Shown piece by piece: positions 26,758-36,737 of a stretch of 64,000 nt of DNA. The stretch comes from an uncultured Sphingomonadaceae bacterium (GTDB lineage Bacteria; Pseudomonadota; Alphaproteobacteria; Sphingomonadales; Sphingomonadaceae). Numbering within the stretch: position 1 is the stretch's first letter; each line of letters starts with the position of its first letter. The notes under the pieces are model-generated. The model made no database searches, had not been told where the DNA came from, and saw only the letters and a list, made by a program, of their open reading frames with translations. A program made the translations under genes and the position numbers. The stretch spans positions 303,727 to 367,726 of the forward strand of contig CANLUL010000002.1 in the NCBI GenBank assembly GCA_947494305.1. Reading direction: 5' to 3'.

Positions 26758-28617
26758 CTAATTTTGACGAAGAGCGATATATTTTTGGTCGGGGTGTTTA
26801 ATCATTTCTGGATATTTGTATTGAAGTTCGCTTTCGGCAACCATTGGAGCAATATATTGATTTGAAACATAAGATTTATTTTTTCCCAGAAGTGTTGCAA
26901 CTTCAATAAGTGAGAGTTCTTTCCAGCTACAGAGGCTCCAAATCAGGTGGCGTGCTTCTTTGGGATCTAGCCTGCTCTTCATTTGGGCAGTTCGAACTTT
27001 GACCCTCAGTTCCTTTGGCAGCTCATCAATTTTAATGGAACTATCTAGTATGGTACCATCCAAGGTATCAGACTTATCTGGTATGGCATCCATACTAGAT
27101 ATCGGCAATCCACGTTTCACCATTTCGGGGCCTGGAACGTAATAACTTCGCGGACCGCCACCTCGGTCTTCAAGTAAGTTAAGTTGGCAAAGTGCCCTTA
27201 GCGATTTGCTGGCTGCTAATGTTTCGCTTCGGTTCAAACTGCGGTAAGTCGCATTATCAATCGCTCCAACCTCACGAACAAAGATCAACGCCTTCATTTG
27301 ATCTTCGCTAAGCGACATTTCCTTAAACCCCTGTAACCACTTCCAATCCGATTCATCCAAAAAGTGATGAAAAAGGAACGTGGCTGTAAATGCGGGATTG
27401 GTCCGATCAGAAATGAATGTGGGAGAAGCAAGCCCACTTTCATTCATCTTCTTTTGCATAACCCGAATACCACTACCTTTCGTCTCTGCAAACCGAGTGT
27501 CGTGAAGAACGGCGGCTATCGTTGGATTTCTAATCGCAGAACCCGGGTCATCAAACCTGTCTTGAGATTTAAGAGAATAGCCTGGATTTTTGATTTCCAG
27601 TCTATTTGCATATCGGATTATTTGGACCGGTTCGAAAACCTCGTATGATCGATGCATCAAACAGTTCACCACGGCCTCTCTGATTACCCGAGTTGGCAAA
27701 ACAGGCGTTTCTGTTCTTTGTCCTGATAGGCCATCTTCCACTACAAAAGTCTTTGGTAGATCATCGGTAATCGCAGCAATGACCCTTGAAATGAGAGTTA
27801 TAAGCGAACCACGCATATCCAATGAATCAAATCGTTCATCAGGGTCCGCAACCCAAGTGTTTCCCGGAACTCTAATGTAATCGACCCGCATTGTTGGAAA
27901 TAAACGTCGTAACGAAGTTGTTTTACCGAATACCAAAATTCCCGCAATTGTAACGCGCCATACATCTTCGATTTTTCTCAGAGCGCCCAGCGAATACAAC
28001 ATTTCTTCATCGGACCAGTTAAGGTGTTCAGCACTAGCATGCGTATCAGACAATGCTCGGCGATAAGCTGACACTGACGTCGGGTCTATGTCTTCCCAAG
28101 AAGCTTCTTTGACTATCCTAGTATCGTAAGCTTCTTTGGCTTGCCCCAAAAAGAATGCACTTAGGTCTTCGTCAGTGCATCGTACATCCGAAGAACCAAT
28201 TCGACGATAGGCTCCACGAGGAAGACCGGTGCTTTTGAAGTATAAGGGCTTTTGAGCTGTCGCGAGTTCTGGAACATCAACGCGAATAACGACGGCATTT
28301 CCAATTTTGACCGGTGTAATATCTGGGCGAACTGGTTGGTTGAATTTTGTGGAACATGCTGATTGCAGATCTGAACTCAGACGGTCTGGATCAGTTACGC
28401 CGACGGCATTATAAAAAGGAAATAGAGCTTCCTCACATTCTACACCTAACAATATTGTTCCACCGCCGAGCGAGGGTTCATTACTGAGCGCACAAATTGT
28501 TTCAAAAACAGATCTACCCAAATCTGATCCTGAAATTAGTTTGGCTTCAATGTCTTCGCATTCGTCAATTTCATTCAATAGTTTGATGATTTGATTGACG
28601 TCTTCTGTTCTAATCAT
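26758..28617 (-). CDS. Schlafen/AlbA_2 domain + HATPase_c_4 + winged-helix ATP-binding protein
   Basis: N-terminal ECEDIEAK and ALSN...GGGTILLGV. GHKL-like REAVVNCLMHRSY, EIKNPG, RNPTIA, ETKGSGI. C-terminal HTHs ending KHPDQKY. AT-richer than its neighbours. Confidence 0.8.
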   Translation of the reverse strand: MIRTEDVNQIIKLLNEIDECEDIEAKLISGSDLGRSVFETICALSNEPSLGGGTILLGVECEEALFPFYNAVGVTDPDRLSSDLQSACSTKFNQPVRPDITPVKIGNAVVIRVDVPELATAQKPLYFKSTGLPRGAYRRIGSSDVRCTDEDLSAFFLGQAKEAYDTRIVKEASWEDIDPTSVSAYRRALSDTHASAEHLNWSDEEMLYSLGALRKIEDVWRVTIAGILVFGKTTSLRRLFPTMRVDYIRVPGNTWVADPDERFDSLDMRGSLITLISRVIAAITDDLPKTFVVEDGLSGQRTETPVLPTRVIREAVVNCLMHRSYEVFEPVQIIRYANRLEIKNPGYSLKSQDRFDDPGSAIRNPTIAAVLHDTRFAETKGSGIRVMQKKMNESGLASPTFISDRTNPAFTATFLFHHFLDESDWKWLQGFKEMSLSEDQMKALIFVREVGAIDNATYRSLNRSETLAASKSLRALCQLNLLEDRGGGPRSYYVPGPEMVKRGLPISSMDAIPDKSDTLDGTILDSSIKIDELPKELRVKVRTAQMKSRLDPKEARHLIWSLCSWKELSLIEVATLLGKNKSYVSNQYIAPMVAESELQYKYPEMIKHPDQKYIALRQN

Positions 28618-28667
28618 ATTTCTACGTTAGCGCATCAGTAGATCGGAAGCTTGCATTTTTTCAAAGC

Positions 28668-28705
28668 AAAAAACCCCAGCGGTTTCCCGCCGGGGTTTCG
28701 TTTTT
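28668..28705 (-). terminator. Terminator downstream of etfA (possibly bidirectional)
   Basis: AAACCCCAGCGG / CCGCCGGGGTTT stem with an A-run on the left and a T-run on the right. Confidence 0.75.
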
Positions 28706-28707
28706 CA

Positions 28708-28783
28708 GTCATCCTGAACTTGTTTCAGGATCTCATGCAGTTCACACTTCCCTCTGGAGATGCTGAAAGGAGTTCAGCATGAC
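28708..28783. repeat. REP-like palindromic doublet (CGTC/GTCA-tagged)
   Basis: GTCATCCTGAACTTGTTTCAGGATCTC ... GAGATGCTGAAAGGAGTTCAGCATGAC: 27-bp imperfect inverted arms, each internally palindromic. Confidence 0.75.
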
Positions 28784-28807
28784 GCTTTGAGGGTTTACGC
28801 GCTAACC

Positions 28808-29737
28808 TCAAACCTTCCCGGTCAACTCCGGAACGGCATCAAACAGATCAGCAACCAGCCCGATATCCGCAACCTGGAAAATCGGTGCGTCTTCGTCCTT
28901 GTTGATCGCGACGATGGTTTTGGAGTCTTTCATGCCTGCCAGATGCTGGATCGCGCCGGAGATGCCGATGGCGATATAGACTTCCGGTGCAACGATCTTG
29001 CCGGTCTGTCCGACCTGATAGTCGTTGGGGACATAGCCCGCGTCGACCGCAGCGCGCGATGCGCCGATGCCTGCGCCAAGCTTGTCTGCTAGCGGCGTGA
29101 TGACTTCCTCGAACTTTTCGGATGAACCCAATGCACGGCCACCGGAAACGATGATCTTTGCGCTGGTCAGTTCTGGCCGTTCGGACTTGGCGATTTCTTC
29201 ACTGACGAAGCTGGACAGGCCTGCATCGCCTGCGCCGGTGACGCCTTCAACAGACGCGCTGCCGCCTTCGGTCGCCGCTTTGTCAAAAGCAGTACCGCGA
29301 ACCGTAATGACCTTCTTCGCATCGGACGTGGTTACGGTCGCGATTGCGTTACCCGCATAGATCGGCCGGGTGAACGTATCTTCGCTCTCGACCGAAAGAA
29401 TGTCGGAAATCTGCATCACGTCGAGCAGGGCTGCAACGCGGGGTGCAATATTCTTGCCGGTGGTGGTTGCTGGCGCGAGGAAGGCGTCGTGGCTTTCCAT
29501 CAGCGTAGCGATCAACGGCGCGGCATTTTCTGGCAACTGATTGGCAAGCGAAGCGTCATCCGCAACGTGCACGGTGGTGACACCGGCAACTTTTGCTGCC
29601 TGTTCGCCAACGGAGCCGCAACCTGAGCCGAGGACCAACGCGTGGACTTCACCCAGTTGTGACGCGGCGGTGACGACGGCCAGCGTTGCGTCTTTCATGT
29701 CCGTGTTGTCATGTTCTACTAATACGAGCGTTTTCAT
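28808..29737 (-). CDS. etfA: Electron transfer flavoprotein alpha subunit
   Basis: [45 protein letters not shown]. Confidence 0.97.
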   Translation of the reverse strand: MKTLVLVEHDNTDMKDATLAVVTAASQLGEVHALVLGSGCGSVGEQAAKVAGVTTVHVADDASLANQLPENAAPLIATLMESHDAFLAPATTTGKNIAPRVAALLDVMQISDILSVESEDTFTRPIYAGNAIATVTTSDAKKVITVRGTAFDKAATEGGSASVEGVTGAGDAGLSSFVSEEIAKSERPELTSAKIIVSGGRALGSSEKFEEVITPLADKLGAGIGASRAAVDAGYVPNDYQVGQTGKIVAPEVYIAIGISGAIQHLAGMKDSKTIVAINKDEDAPIFQVADIGLVADLFDAVPELTGKV

Positions 29738-30483
29738 TAGATGGCTCCCACAGCTTTAAGTTTCGCGACCAGCGCATCAACGTCTTCGACAATTTCACCC
29801 GCCTGGCGAACCGGTGGCTCGCTGACATTGGTGGTGGTGAGACGCGGAGAAATGTCCACACCATAATCGGCGGGGGTCTTCTCATCGAGCGGCTTTTTCT
29901 TCGCCTTCATGATGTTTGGCAGAGACGCATAACGCGGCTCGTTCAAACGCAGGTCGGTGGTGACGACAGCAGGAAGGCCGAGCTTCACAGTCTGAAGGCC
30001 GCCATCAATTTCCCGTTTTACGGTGATGCTTTCGCCGTCGATATCGACTTCATTGGCAAATGTACCCTGACCCCAACCGAGCAATGCTGCGAGCATCTGG
30101 CCGGTCTGGTTCGAATCATCATCAATTGCCTGCTTACCGGTAATCACCAGCTTTGGCGCTTCTTCCTCGACGATTTTCGCAAGGATTTTGGCAACGCCCA
30201 GAGGCTCGACTTCATCGTCGGTCATCACCAGGATCGCGCGATCTGCACCCATGGCGAGCGCGGTACGCAATGTTTCCTGCGCCTTTTGCGGGCCAACCGA
30301 AACGGCAACGATTTCCTCAGCCTTGCCAGCCTCTTTCAGGCGGATCGCTTCTTCGACGGAAATTTCGTCGAACGGGTTCATCGACATTTTGACATTGGCG
30401 AGATCAACACCACTGCCGTCGGATTTAACTCGCGGTTTTACGTTATAATCTATGACCCGTTTGACGGGCACCAGGATTTTCAT
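29737..30483 (-). CDS. etfB: Electron transfer flavoprotein beta subunit
   Basis: [54 protein letters not shown]. Confidence 0.97.
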   Translation of the reverse strand: MKILVPVKRVIDYNVKPRVKSDGSGVDLANVKMSMNPFDEISVEEAIRLKEAGKAEEIVAVSVGPQKAQETLRTALAMGADRAILVMTDDEVEPLGVAKILAKIVEEEAPKLVITGKQAIDDDSNQTGQMLAALLGWGQGTFANEVDIDGESITVKREIDGGLQTVKLGLPAVVTTDLRLNEPRYASLPNIMKAKKKPLDEKTPADYGVDISPRLTTTNVSEPPVRQAGEIVEDVDALVAKLKAVGAI

Positions 30484-30519
30484 TGCTGTTTCCTTCTTTT
30501 CATTCTCAAGTTTCTTAGC

Positions 30520-30533
30520 TTACGTTCACGTAA
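30520..30533. promoter_or_regulatory. LiuR-type palindromic operator in the etfBA promoter
   Basis: TTACGT-TC-ACGTAA lies between a minus-strand -35 (TTGACG, 30540-30535) and a -10-like TAAGAA 17 bp away. Confidence 0.65.
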
Positions 30534-30616
30534 ACGTCAAATATTTGTGCTGCGGTGCAGCATTTGTGTCTTTCCCCCTTTAGCAAGAAGGGGGTGATGG
30601 GTTGGGCTTAGTTAGT

Positions 30617-31816
30617 TCAAGCCGCTTCTTTCACCTGTGCGACAATCTTTCTGGCGGCATCGCCAAGATCGGAAGCACTCACGATCGGTAGACCGCTATT
30701 TTCCAAAATCTCCTTGCCCTTCGCGACATTGGTGCCTTCCAGACGGACCACCAGTGGCACGTCCAGTTCGACTTCCTTCGCCGCAATCACGATACCTTCG
30801 GCAATCACATCACATTTCATGATCCCGCCAAAAATATTGACGAGAATGCCTTCAACCGCATCATCCGCCAATATGATCTTAAAGGCAGCGGTCACTTTTT
30901 CCGTCGTCGCGCCGCCGCCTACATCGAGGAAGTTGGCTGGGAACGCGCCGTTGAGTTTGATGATATCCATCGTTGCCATTGCCAAACCCGCCCCATTGAC
31001 CATGCAACCAATGCTGCCGTCGAGCTTAATGTAAGCAAGATCATATTGCGAAGCTTCGACTTCCGCTGGATCTTCCTCTGTCACATCACGCAATTCGACG
31101 AGATCAGGATGACGCATCAACGCATTGCCATCGAAGCTCATTTTCGTATCGAGCACGATCAACTGCTGATCTTCGGTAACCACGAGCGGGTTAATCTCCA
31201 CCATTTCGCAATCCATTGCGATGAACGCCTCATAGAGTTTTTTGCCCAGCTTCTGCGCTTGCTTGTTCAAATCGCCCTTTAGTTGGAGAGCAAAAGCAAT
31301 TGCCCGGCCATGATGCGGCATAAAGCCCTGCGCCGGATCAATCGTGATCGTGCGGATTTTTTCGGGCGTGCTATGCGCGACTTCCTCAATATCCATCCCG
31401 CCTTCGGTGGAAACCACCATTGCGATTCGGCCAGATGCCCGGTCGACCAGCATGGAAAGATAAAATTCTTTCTCAATATCTACACCATCGGTGACATAGA
31501 GCCGGTTAACCTGCTTACCCGCATCACCGGTTTGAATGGTGACCAACGTGTTGCCCAGCATTTCTTCCGCATTGGCACGTACTTCGTCAATCGATTGTGC
31601 GAGCCGCACGCCGCCTTTCGCATCGGGGCCGAGTTCTTTATATTTACCCTTGCCGCGACCACCTGCATGGATTTGCGCCTTTACCACATAAAGTGGTCCG
31701 GGCAGTTTTTCTGCTGCCGCAACGGCTTCCTCAACGGTGAGCGCCGCGAAACCGGCTGGAACGGCAATGCCGTGTTTTGCGAGCAATTCTTTGCCCTGAT
31801 ATTCATGGATGTTCAT
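30617..31816 (-). CDS. sucC: Succinyl-CoA ligase beta subunit
   Basis: [51 protein letters not shown]. Confidence 0.97.
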   Translation of the reverse strand: MNIHEYQGKELLAKHGIAVPAGFAALTVEEAVAAAEKLPGPLYVVKAQIHAGGRGKGKYKELGPDAKGGVRLAQSIDEVRANAEEMLGNTLVTIQTGDAGKQVNRLYVTDGVDIEKEFYLSMLVDRASGRIAMVVSTEGGMDIEEVAHSTPEKIRTITIDPAQGFMPHHGRAIAFALQLKGDLNKQAQKLGKKLYEAFIAMDCEMVEINPLVVTEDQQLIVLDTKMSFDGNALMRHPDLVELRDVTEEDPAEVEASQYDLAYIKLDGSIGCMVNGAGLAMATMDIIKLNGAFPANFLDVGGGATTEKVTAAFKIILADDAVEGILVNIFGGIMKCDVIAEGIVIAAKEVELDVPLVVRLEGTNVAKGKEILENSGLPIVSASDLGDAARKIVAQVKEAA

Positions 31817-31952
31817 GGAGAGAGGCGATGCCTTTCATTGGATTGAAAACGGAGTCTTTCTGCGGGGGCTAAAGCATAGTTGGATGGGGATTTCCAGCCC
31901 TAGCTTTCACCAAAATCGTCAATATCGCTTTGCCTGGTTTCAGCTGTAACCT

Positions 31953-32474
31953 TCAAAGCGGCATCGACATGGCACAGCGGCGTTCTGCGGGCAGTCCGTT
32001 TTCGGCCTCGGCCGTCAAAATGTCCCGCAATCGCGGGGACAGTTCATTTGATTCCAATGTTTGGAAACCCAGTTTCTGATAGAAGGCTTCATTGAAGGCC
32101 AAATCACGAAAAGTAGTCAGTGTCATTCCAGTTAGATTTTGTTCCGACGCATATTGGATAGCAGCTTCGAACAATTTTCGGCCGATTCCCTGTCCCTGCT
32201 GACCACTTTCCACCGAGAGTTCGATAATGTGCAACGTGTTTTCATCAAACTCCAATCGCGTGGTGATAAAGCCAACCAGACGCTCGCTCATTTCTGCGAC
32301 CCAAACGGTTCCTTCATCGATGTATATTTCGTGATGTTCTGCAGACATGACATCATCATCGGCGATCCACTCCAACCCAGGTATCGTGCGAAAAGCCTCT
32401 CCTGCCGATATCTCGATTTCTGGCAATAACGGCGCATCTTTCATTTGTGCCAACCGGATCAAGACATCGGACAT
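31953..32474 (-). CDS. GNAT N-acetyltransferase
   Basis: ELSV...QGQGIGRKL, LTTFRDLAFNEAFYQKLGF. Confidence 0.88.
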   Translation of the reverse strand: MSDVLIRLAQMKDAPLLPEIEISAGEAFRTIPGLEWIADDDVMSAEHHEIYIDEGTVWVAEMSERLVGFITTRLEFDENTLHIIELSVESGQQGQGIGRKLFEAAIQYASEQNLTGMTLTTFRDLAFNEAFYQKLGFQTLESNELSPRLRDILTAEAENGLPAERRCAMSMPL

Positions 32475-32487
32475 TACGGTACCATGC

Positions 32488-32802
32488 CTATTTTATGGCA
32501 CAAATCACGCCTGAAGATGAAACCACGCCAACAATTTCCGGGTCGCGCAGCGACTTTGTCTGTTTCACAAATTCATTGAAACTAATATCGCCGGGTTCCC
32601 GTTTACGGAGTTTTCCCAGACCGTTGAGCTTGTTAAGCTGACCCAGCGACAGCCGGTCTACCATCCGCCCTGCCATGCAGCGTGAAATTGGCTCGGACAG
32701 GCCGACGCTCATCAAACCATTTCGCACCCGGGTTTCCGGTGTCGCGCAGGAAGCAAGAACTGCCAAAAGCGCGAAACCAAGGGAAAGGCGCGCCGCCATC
32801 AT
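32488..32802 (-). CDS. Small hypothetical lipoprotein
   Basis: Lipobox VLAS-C; overlaps the ppa stop (ATGA). Confidence 0.7.
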   Translation of the reverse strand: MMAARLSLGFALLAVLASCATPETRVRNGLMSVGLSEPISRCMAGRMVDRLSLGQLNKLNGLGKLRKREPGDISFNEFVKQTKSLRDPEIVGVVSSSGVICAIK

Positions 32803-33332
32803 TTTTTTGAGCGCGCCAATTCAATTGCGTCGAGGATAACCTGCTTCGCTTCCTCAGCATCGCCCCATTTGCCGACACGAACCCATTTTTCAGGCTCCAG
32901 ATCTTTGTAATGGGTAAAGAAATGTTCAATTTGCTGCATGATGATTTCAGGCAAATCATTCCCTTCGCCAATTTTTCGATAGTAAGGGAATGTTGCATCA
33001 ATCGGGACGCAAAGCAGCTTTTCATCACCGCCATGCTCGTCCTCAAGATTGAGCACAGCAATCGGCCGACAACGCACGACACAGCCCGGCATAAAGGGCG
33101 AGCGTGCTACGACCAGCGCATCAAGCGGATCACCATCGGGTGAAAGTGTATGCGGGATAAAGCCATAGTTGGCGGGATAGCGCATCGGCGTGTGCAAGAT
33201 TCGATCAACGAACAGCGCGCCGCTTTCCTTATCAAATTCATATTTTACCGGTTCGCCGCCAACCGGCACTTCGATAATGACGTTCAGGCTTTCCGGCGGA
33301 TTATCGCCGATAGCAATTTTGGAAATATCCAT
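32799..33332 (-). CDS. ppa: Inorganic pyrophosphatase
   Basis: KYEFDK, YPANYGF, DGDPLD, D.KLLCVP, FFTHYKDLE. Confidence 0.97.
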   Translation of the reverse strand: MDISKIAIGDNPPESLNVIIEVPVGGEPVKYEFDKESGALFVDRILHTPMRYPANYGFIPHTLSPDGDPLDALVVARSPFMPGCVVRCRPIAVLNLEDEHGGDEKLLCVPIDATFPYYRKIGEGNDLPEIIMQQIEHFFTHYKDLEPEKWVRVGKWGDAEEAKQVILDAIELARSKK

Positions 33333-33347
33333 TGGGGGTCGGGTTCC

Positions 33348-35285
33348 TTATTTAAATTTCGGCTTTAAAAGCTCGTCTATGCCCCGCTTCGTAGCACCCT
33401 CTCCGGTGATTTTTTCCAGCGCCGGATAGCGCAATCCATCGGCATATGCGACCATAAAATTATGATAAGCATCGCCATTTTTGGCGAAAATTTCAATTGG
33501 CCCGGTTTTGCCGTTATTTTCCTCAATTGCTTGCTTTAGAACCTCATCGGTATAGGCTTTGCCATTAACCGCTGATATCGTGAGGCCAGCTTTCAAGCCA
33601 GCCTTGAACGCCGGGGTGTCCCACAAAACCGACTTGATGGCACCGTTTCCACCCATGATCAGCCCGATACTATGGCTCAAATCCATTTGTTTGCGCCGTT
33701 TGTCATTGGCGCGAATATATGCGGAGGGTTTATCAACATAGCTGAGTTGGTAGCCACCCAAGATCAAACCGTTTTTGGGAGCCTCATCGGTGGTTTGGTG
33801 CACACGCTCCTGAATGAAACTGTCCCAATCATACGGCTGGACCATATTGAGCGTATCAATCACATCTTGCTCGACATAGGTGACCACACCCCAATCACCA
33901 TTCTTGCCATCAAAGAAGCGCTTGGCAAAATTCTCCAATGACTTTTTCCCGTCCGATTCGCGGCGAATGATCTGATCTGCCTCCAACCAGATGAGCAGGC
34001 CTTCATTATAATAGTCTTCTGCTCGCTGCCAGCTGGACCATGGTTTCGGTCTGCGAGCAGCAATAATAGGATCATGGGTTGTATCGATCAGCGGACGCCA
34101 TTGCCGGCCAACCCGCCGGTCCATGCCAGCGGCGACGGCGGCCAATGCATCAAGGGTGTCCTGTTTCGAATATAATCCGGATCGCGCACCCAGGACATAG
34201 CCCCAAAACTGTGTCTGGCCCTCATAAACCCAAAGAAGATTATCGCGGGTGGGGGTTTTGAAATCGGGCGTCCACATCGCTTGCGGGCGGCGATACTTTC
34301 CGTTCCATGCATGGACCACTTCGTGCGGTAGCAGGTTGCGACGACCGGGTCCGTCATTCCAACCCGTAAAATATTCACGGTTCACGGCATTCTCTGAAGA
34401 GCGATGATGTTCGATACCAATACCGCCCATTTCTTCGGTCAATGCGAGGAGAAAATCATAATGATCATAAGGGTGACTGCCAAACAACGCTTCTGCTTCG
34501 CGGACCAGCTTTCTGTGCTTGGCCAAATGATCTTTTTTGGGTTTCAGAAATTTTGCATCATCGGCAACGATATTGAGCGTCACCCGGTTGGATAGCTTGT
34601 GCGCTTGAAAATGTTTTCCAGCAAAGACCGGGCTGTCCACCAATGTGTCATAGTCGGTAGGTTGATAGGAATAGGTTCTGCCTTCTTGGCTTGACGGTCG
34701 CAGACTGGTCGCGGCTTGCCATCCGTCCGGATAGATTGCCGTCGCTTGCACGGGAATTTGTCGGGTGTAATAGCCTGCGGGATAAAGAGATACTTGATGC
34801 CAGCGCAGATTCAACATCGACGGAGCCATGACTACGCGGCCCTGACTGGGCCTGGTGGCAGAGACAAACTGAAAATAGGCCACAATAGAAGTTGCACCTT
34901 GCGGTACGTCGATATGAAAAGCATAAACATCAACAGGGTCGCGGACCCATGGAATGTCCTTTCCACCTGCAGTAATCTTCAAACCCACGACTTTTTCAAT
35001 TTCCCCGCGCGGTGCATGGTTGCCAGGCAACCATTCGGGATAGAGCAAAGTCATCCGGCCCGATTGGGCAACGGGTATAATCTGGGTGACGTTGAATACA
35101 CCCTGTTCATTGTCGCGCGCGTCAACAACCAGCTCCATGGTTCCGGGATAAGGAATATCTTGTGCCACCGGAATGGTTTGCGCGGGAGCTTCATAGCTGG
35201 GCTTGCTGAGATTGTCCGGCATGGCTGCGGCATTGGTGGTCAGCATCAGGGCAGAAATACAGCCCAGCAAAGCAATGATACGCAT
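33348..35285 (-). CDS. M61-family (glycyl aminopeptidase-like) metallopeptidase with C-terminal PDZ
   Basis: Signal peptide from MRIIALL (35285), GIEHHRSS, HEVVHAWN (HExxH), LWVYEGQT, PDZ-like C-terminus. Confidence 0.88.
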   Translation of the reverse strand: MRIIALLGCISALMLTTNAAAMPDNLSKPSYEAPAQTIPVAQDIPYPGTMELVVDARDNEQGVFNVTQIIPVAQSGRMTLLYPEWLPGNHAPRGEIEKVVGLKITAGGKDIPWVRDPVDVYAFHIDVPQGATSIVAYFQFVSATRPSQGRVVMAPSMLNLRWHQVSLYPAGYYTRQIPVQATAIYPDGWQAATSLRPSSQEGRTYSYQPTDYDTLVDSPVFAGKHFQAHKLSNRVTLNIVADDAKFLKPKKDHLAKHRKLVREAEALFGSHPYDHYDFLLALTEEMGGIGIEHHRSSENAVNREYFTGWNDGPGRRNLLPHEVVHAWNGKYRRPQAMWTPDFKTPTRDNLLWVYEGQTQFWGYVLGARSGLYSKQDTLDALAAVAAGMDRRVGRQWRPLIDTTHDPIIAARRPKPWSSWQRAEDYYNEGLLIWLEADQIIRRESDGKKSLENFAKRFFDGKNGDWGVVTYVEQDVIDTLNMVQPYDWDSFIQERVHQTTDEAPKNGLILGGYQLSYVDKPSAYIRANDKRRKQMDLSHSIGLIMGGNGAIKSVLWDTPAFKAGLKAGLTISAVNGKAYTDEVLKQAIEENNGKTGPIEIFAKNGDAYHNFMVAYADGLRYPALEKITGEGATKRGIDELLKPKFK

Positions 35286-35405
35286 ATTCCAGAAATCCCC
35301 TGTTCGAATCTGTTTCTGAATGACGGCTTTTAGCGAGAACGTCCAGTAGCGGAGTGAAAAATAAGCTATCTTTCGCTTTTGGTTCGCAGGCGCTAAAGGC
35401 TCCCA

Positions 35406-36737
35406 ATGGCCAAGGTACAAACACCCAAACCCGTGCGCGGTACGCAGGATATTTTCGGCGAAGAGCAAGAGCGCTTCCAGCATGTCGTGGAGACGTTTGA
35501 ACGCGTGCGCAGGTTATATGGTTTCAAGGGTGTGCAGATGCCGGTCTTTGAACCGACCGCTGTGTTCGCGCGTTCGCTGGGAGAGACCACTGATGTGGTG
35601 TCAAAGGAGATGTATTCGTTCGAGGATCGTGGTGGTGACAGCCTGACGCTCCGTCCCGAATTCACTGCCGGAATTTGCCGTGCGTTTTTGACCAACGGCT
35701 GGCAACAACATGCGCCGATGAAGCTGTCCGCTCATGGGCCGCTGTTTCGATATGAGCGGCCGCAAAAGGGTCGCTATCGGCAGTTTCATCAGCTCGATGC
35801 CGAGATTATCGGCGCTGGCGAAGCGGCAGCAGATGTCGAATTGCTTTGCTTTGCCGATCAGTTGTTGAATGAGCTAGGCATATCTGACGGTGTGACCCTG
35901 CAGCTCAACACGCTTGGCGATGCCGAGAGCCGTGAAGCCTGGCGTGCCGCTTTGGTCGAGCATTTTTCGGATCATCAGGCGGAATTGTCGGATGACAGCA
36001 AAACACGGCTTGCAAAAAATCCACTGCGGATATTGGACAGCAAGGCACCGAATGATCGGGTGATTGTCGATCAAGCACCGACGATTGATGCCTATCTAAC
36101 CGGTGAGGCATCCGAGTTTTTCGCGCAGGTTACGGAAGGTTTGGAAGCCTGCAACGTGCCGTGGACTCGTGATAGCCGGTTGGTGCGCGGCTTTGATTAT
36201 TATCGCCACACAGCTTTTGAATTTGTCACGGATCGCTTGGGTGCTCAGGGTACAGTTCTTGGCGGCGGCCGGTTTGATGGATTGATTGAAGCATTGGGAG
36301 GCCAGCCAACGCCCGCTGTTGGTTGGGCGGCTGGAATTGAACGGCTGGGCATGTTGTTAGAAGAAATGCCGTCGGACAGCGTCGAGCTTGCCATCATACC
36401 AATGGGTGATGACGCCACAGTGCGAGCGCTGTCGGTTGCAAACGAACTGCGCCAGTCGAAATTCTCGACAGAAATGTTCGGGCGCGGAAAAATCAAAAAA
36501 CGCATGGCCAAGGCCAATCAGGTTGGAGCCAAGGCCGCTATCATCATTGGTGACGATGAAATAGCGTCCGGTAAGGTGCAATTTAAGGATCTGAAAACTG
36601 GAGAGCAAACTGCTTTGGATATAAGCCAGGTGATCGAGAAAATGTGGGATCTGAGATTTTCTGAAGATTTGGATAGCTTGGGTTCTGACATTGAATCGCT
36701 GGAGCAAGAAGTTGCCCAATTGGGAGACGCAGATTGA
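35406..36737 (+). CDS. hisS: Histidine--tRNA ligase
   Basis: [50 protein letters not shown]. Confidence 0.97.
   Translation: MAKVQTPKPVRGTQDIFGEEQERFQHVVETFERVRRLYGFKGVQMPVFEPTAVFARSLGETTDVVSKEMYSFEDRGGDSLTLRPEFTAGICRAFLTNGWQQHAPMKLSAHGPLFRYERPQKGRYRQFHQLDAEIIGAGEAAADVELLCFADQLLNELGISDGVTLQLNTLGDAESREAWRAALVEHFSDHQAELSDDSKTRLAKNPLRILDSKAPNDRVIVDQAPTIDAYLTGEASEFFAQVTEGLEACNVPWTRDSRLVRGFDYYRHTAFEFVTDRLGAQGTVLGGGRFDGLIEALGGQPTPAVGWAAGIERLGMLLEEMPSDSVELAIIPMGDDATVRALSVANELRQSKFSTEMFGRGKIKKRMAKANQVGAKAAIIIGDDEIASGKVQFKDLKTGEQTALDISQVIEKMWDLRFSEDLDSLGSDIESLEQEVAQLGDAD

Noticed and set aside
29686-30597. 303-aa plus-strand ORF
   Set aside because: Antisense shadow of etfB.
30617-31816. sucC without an adjacent sucD
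   Set aside because: As I recall, separation of sucC from the mdh-sucD-sucAB block is normal in Sphingomonadales; the gene looks intact.
35286-35483. 66-aa extension of the M61 peptidase overlapping hisS
   Set aside because: The signal peptide begins at 35285; the extension would overlap a divergent essential gene.
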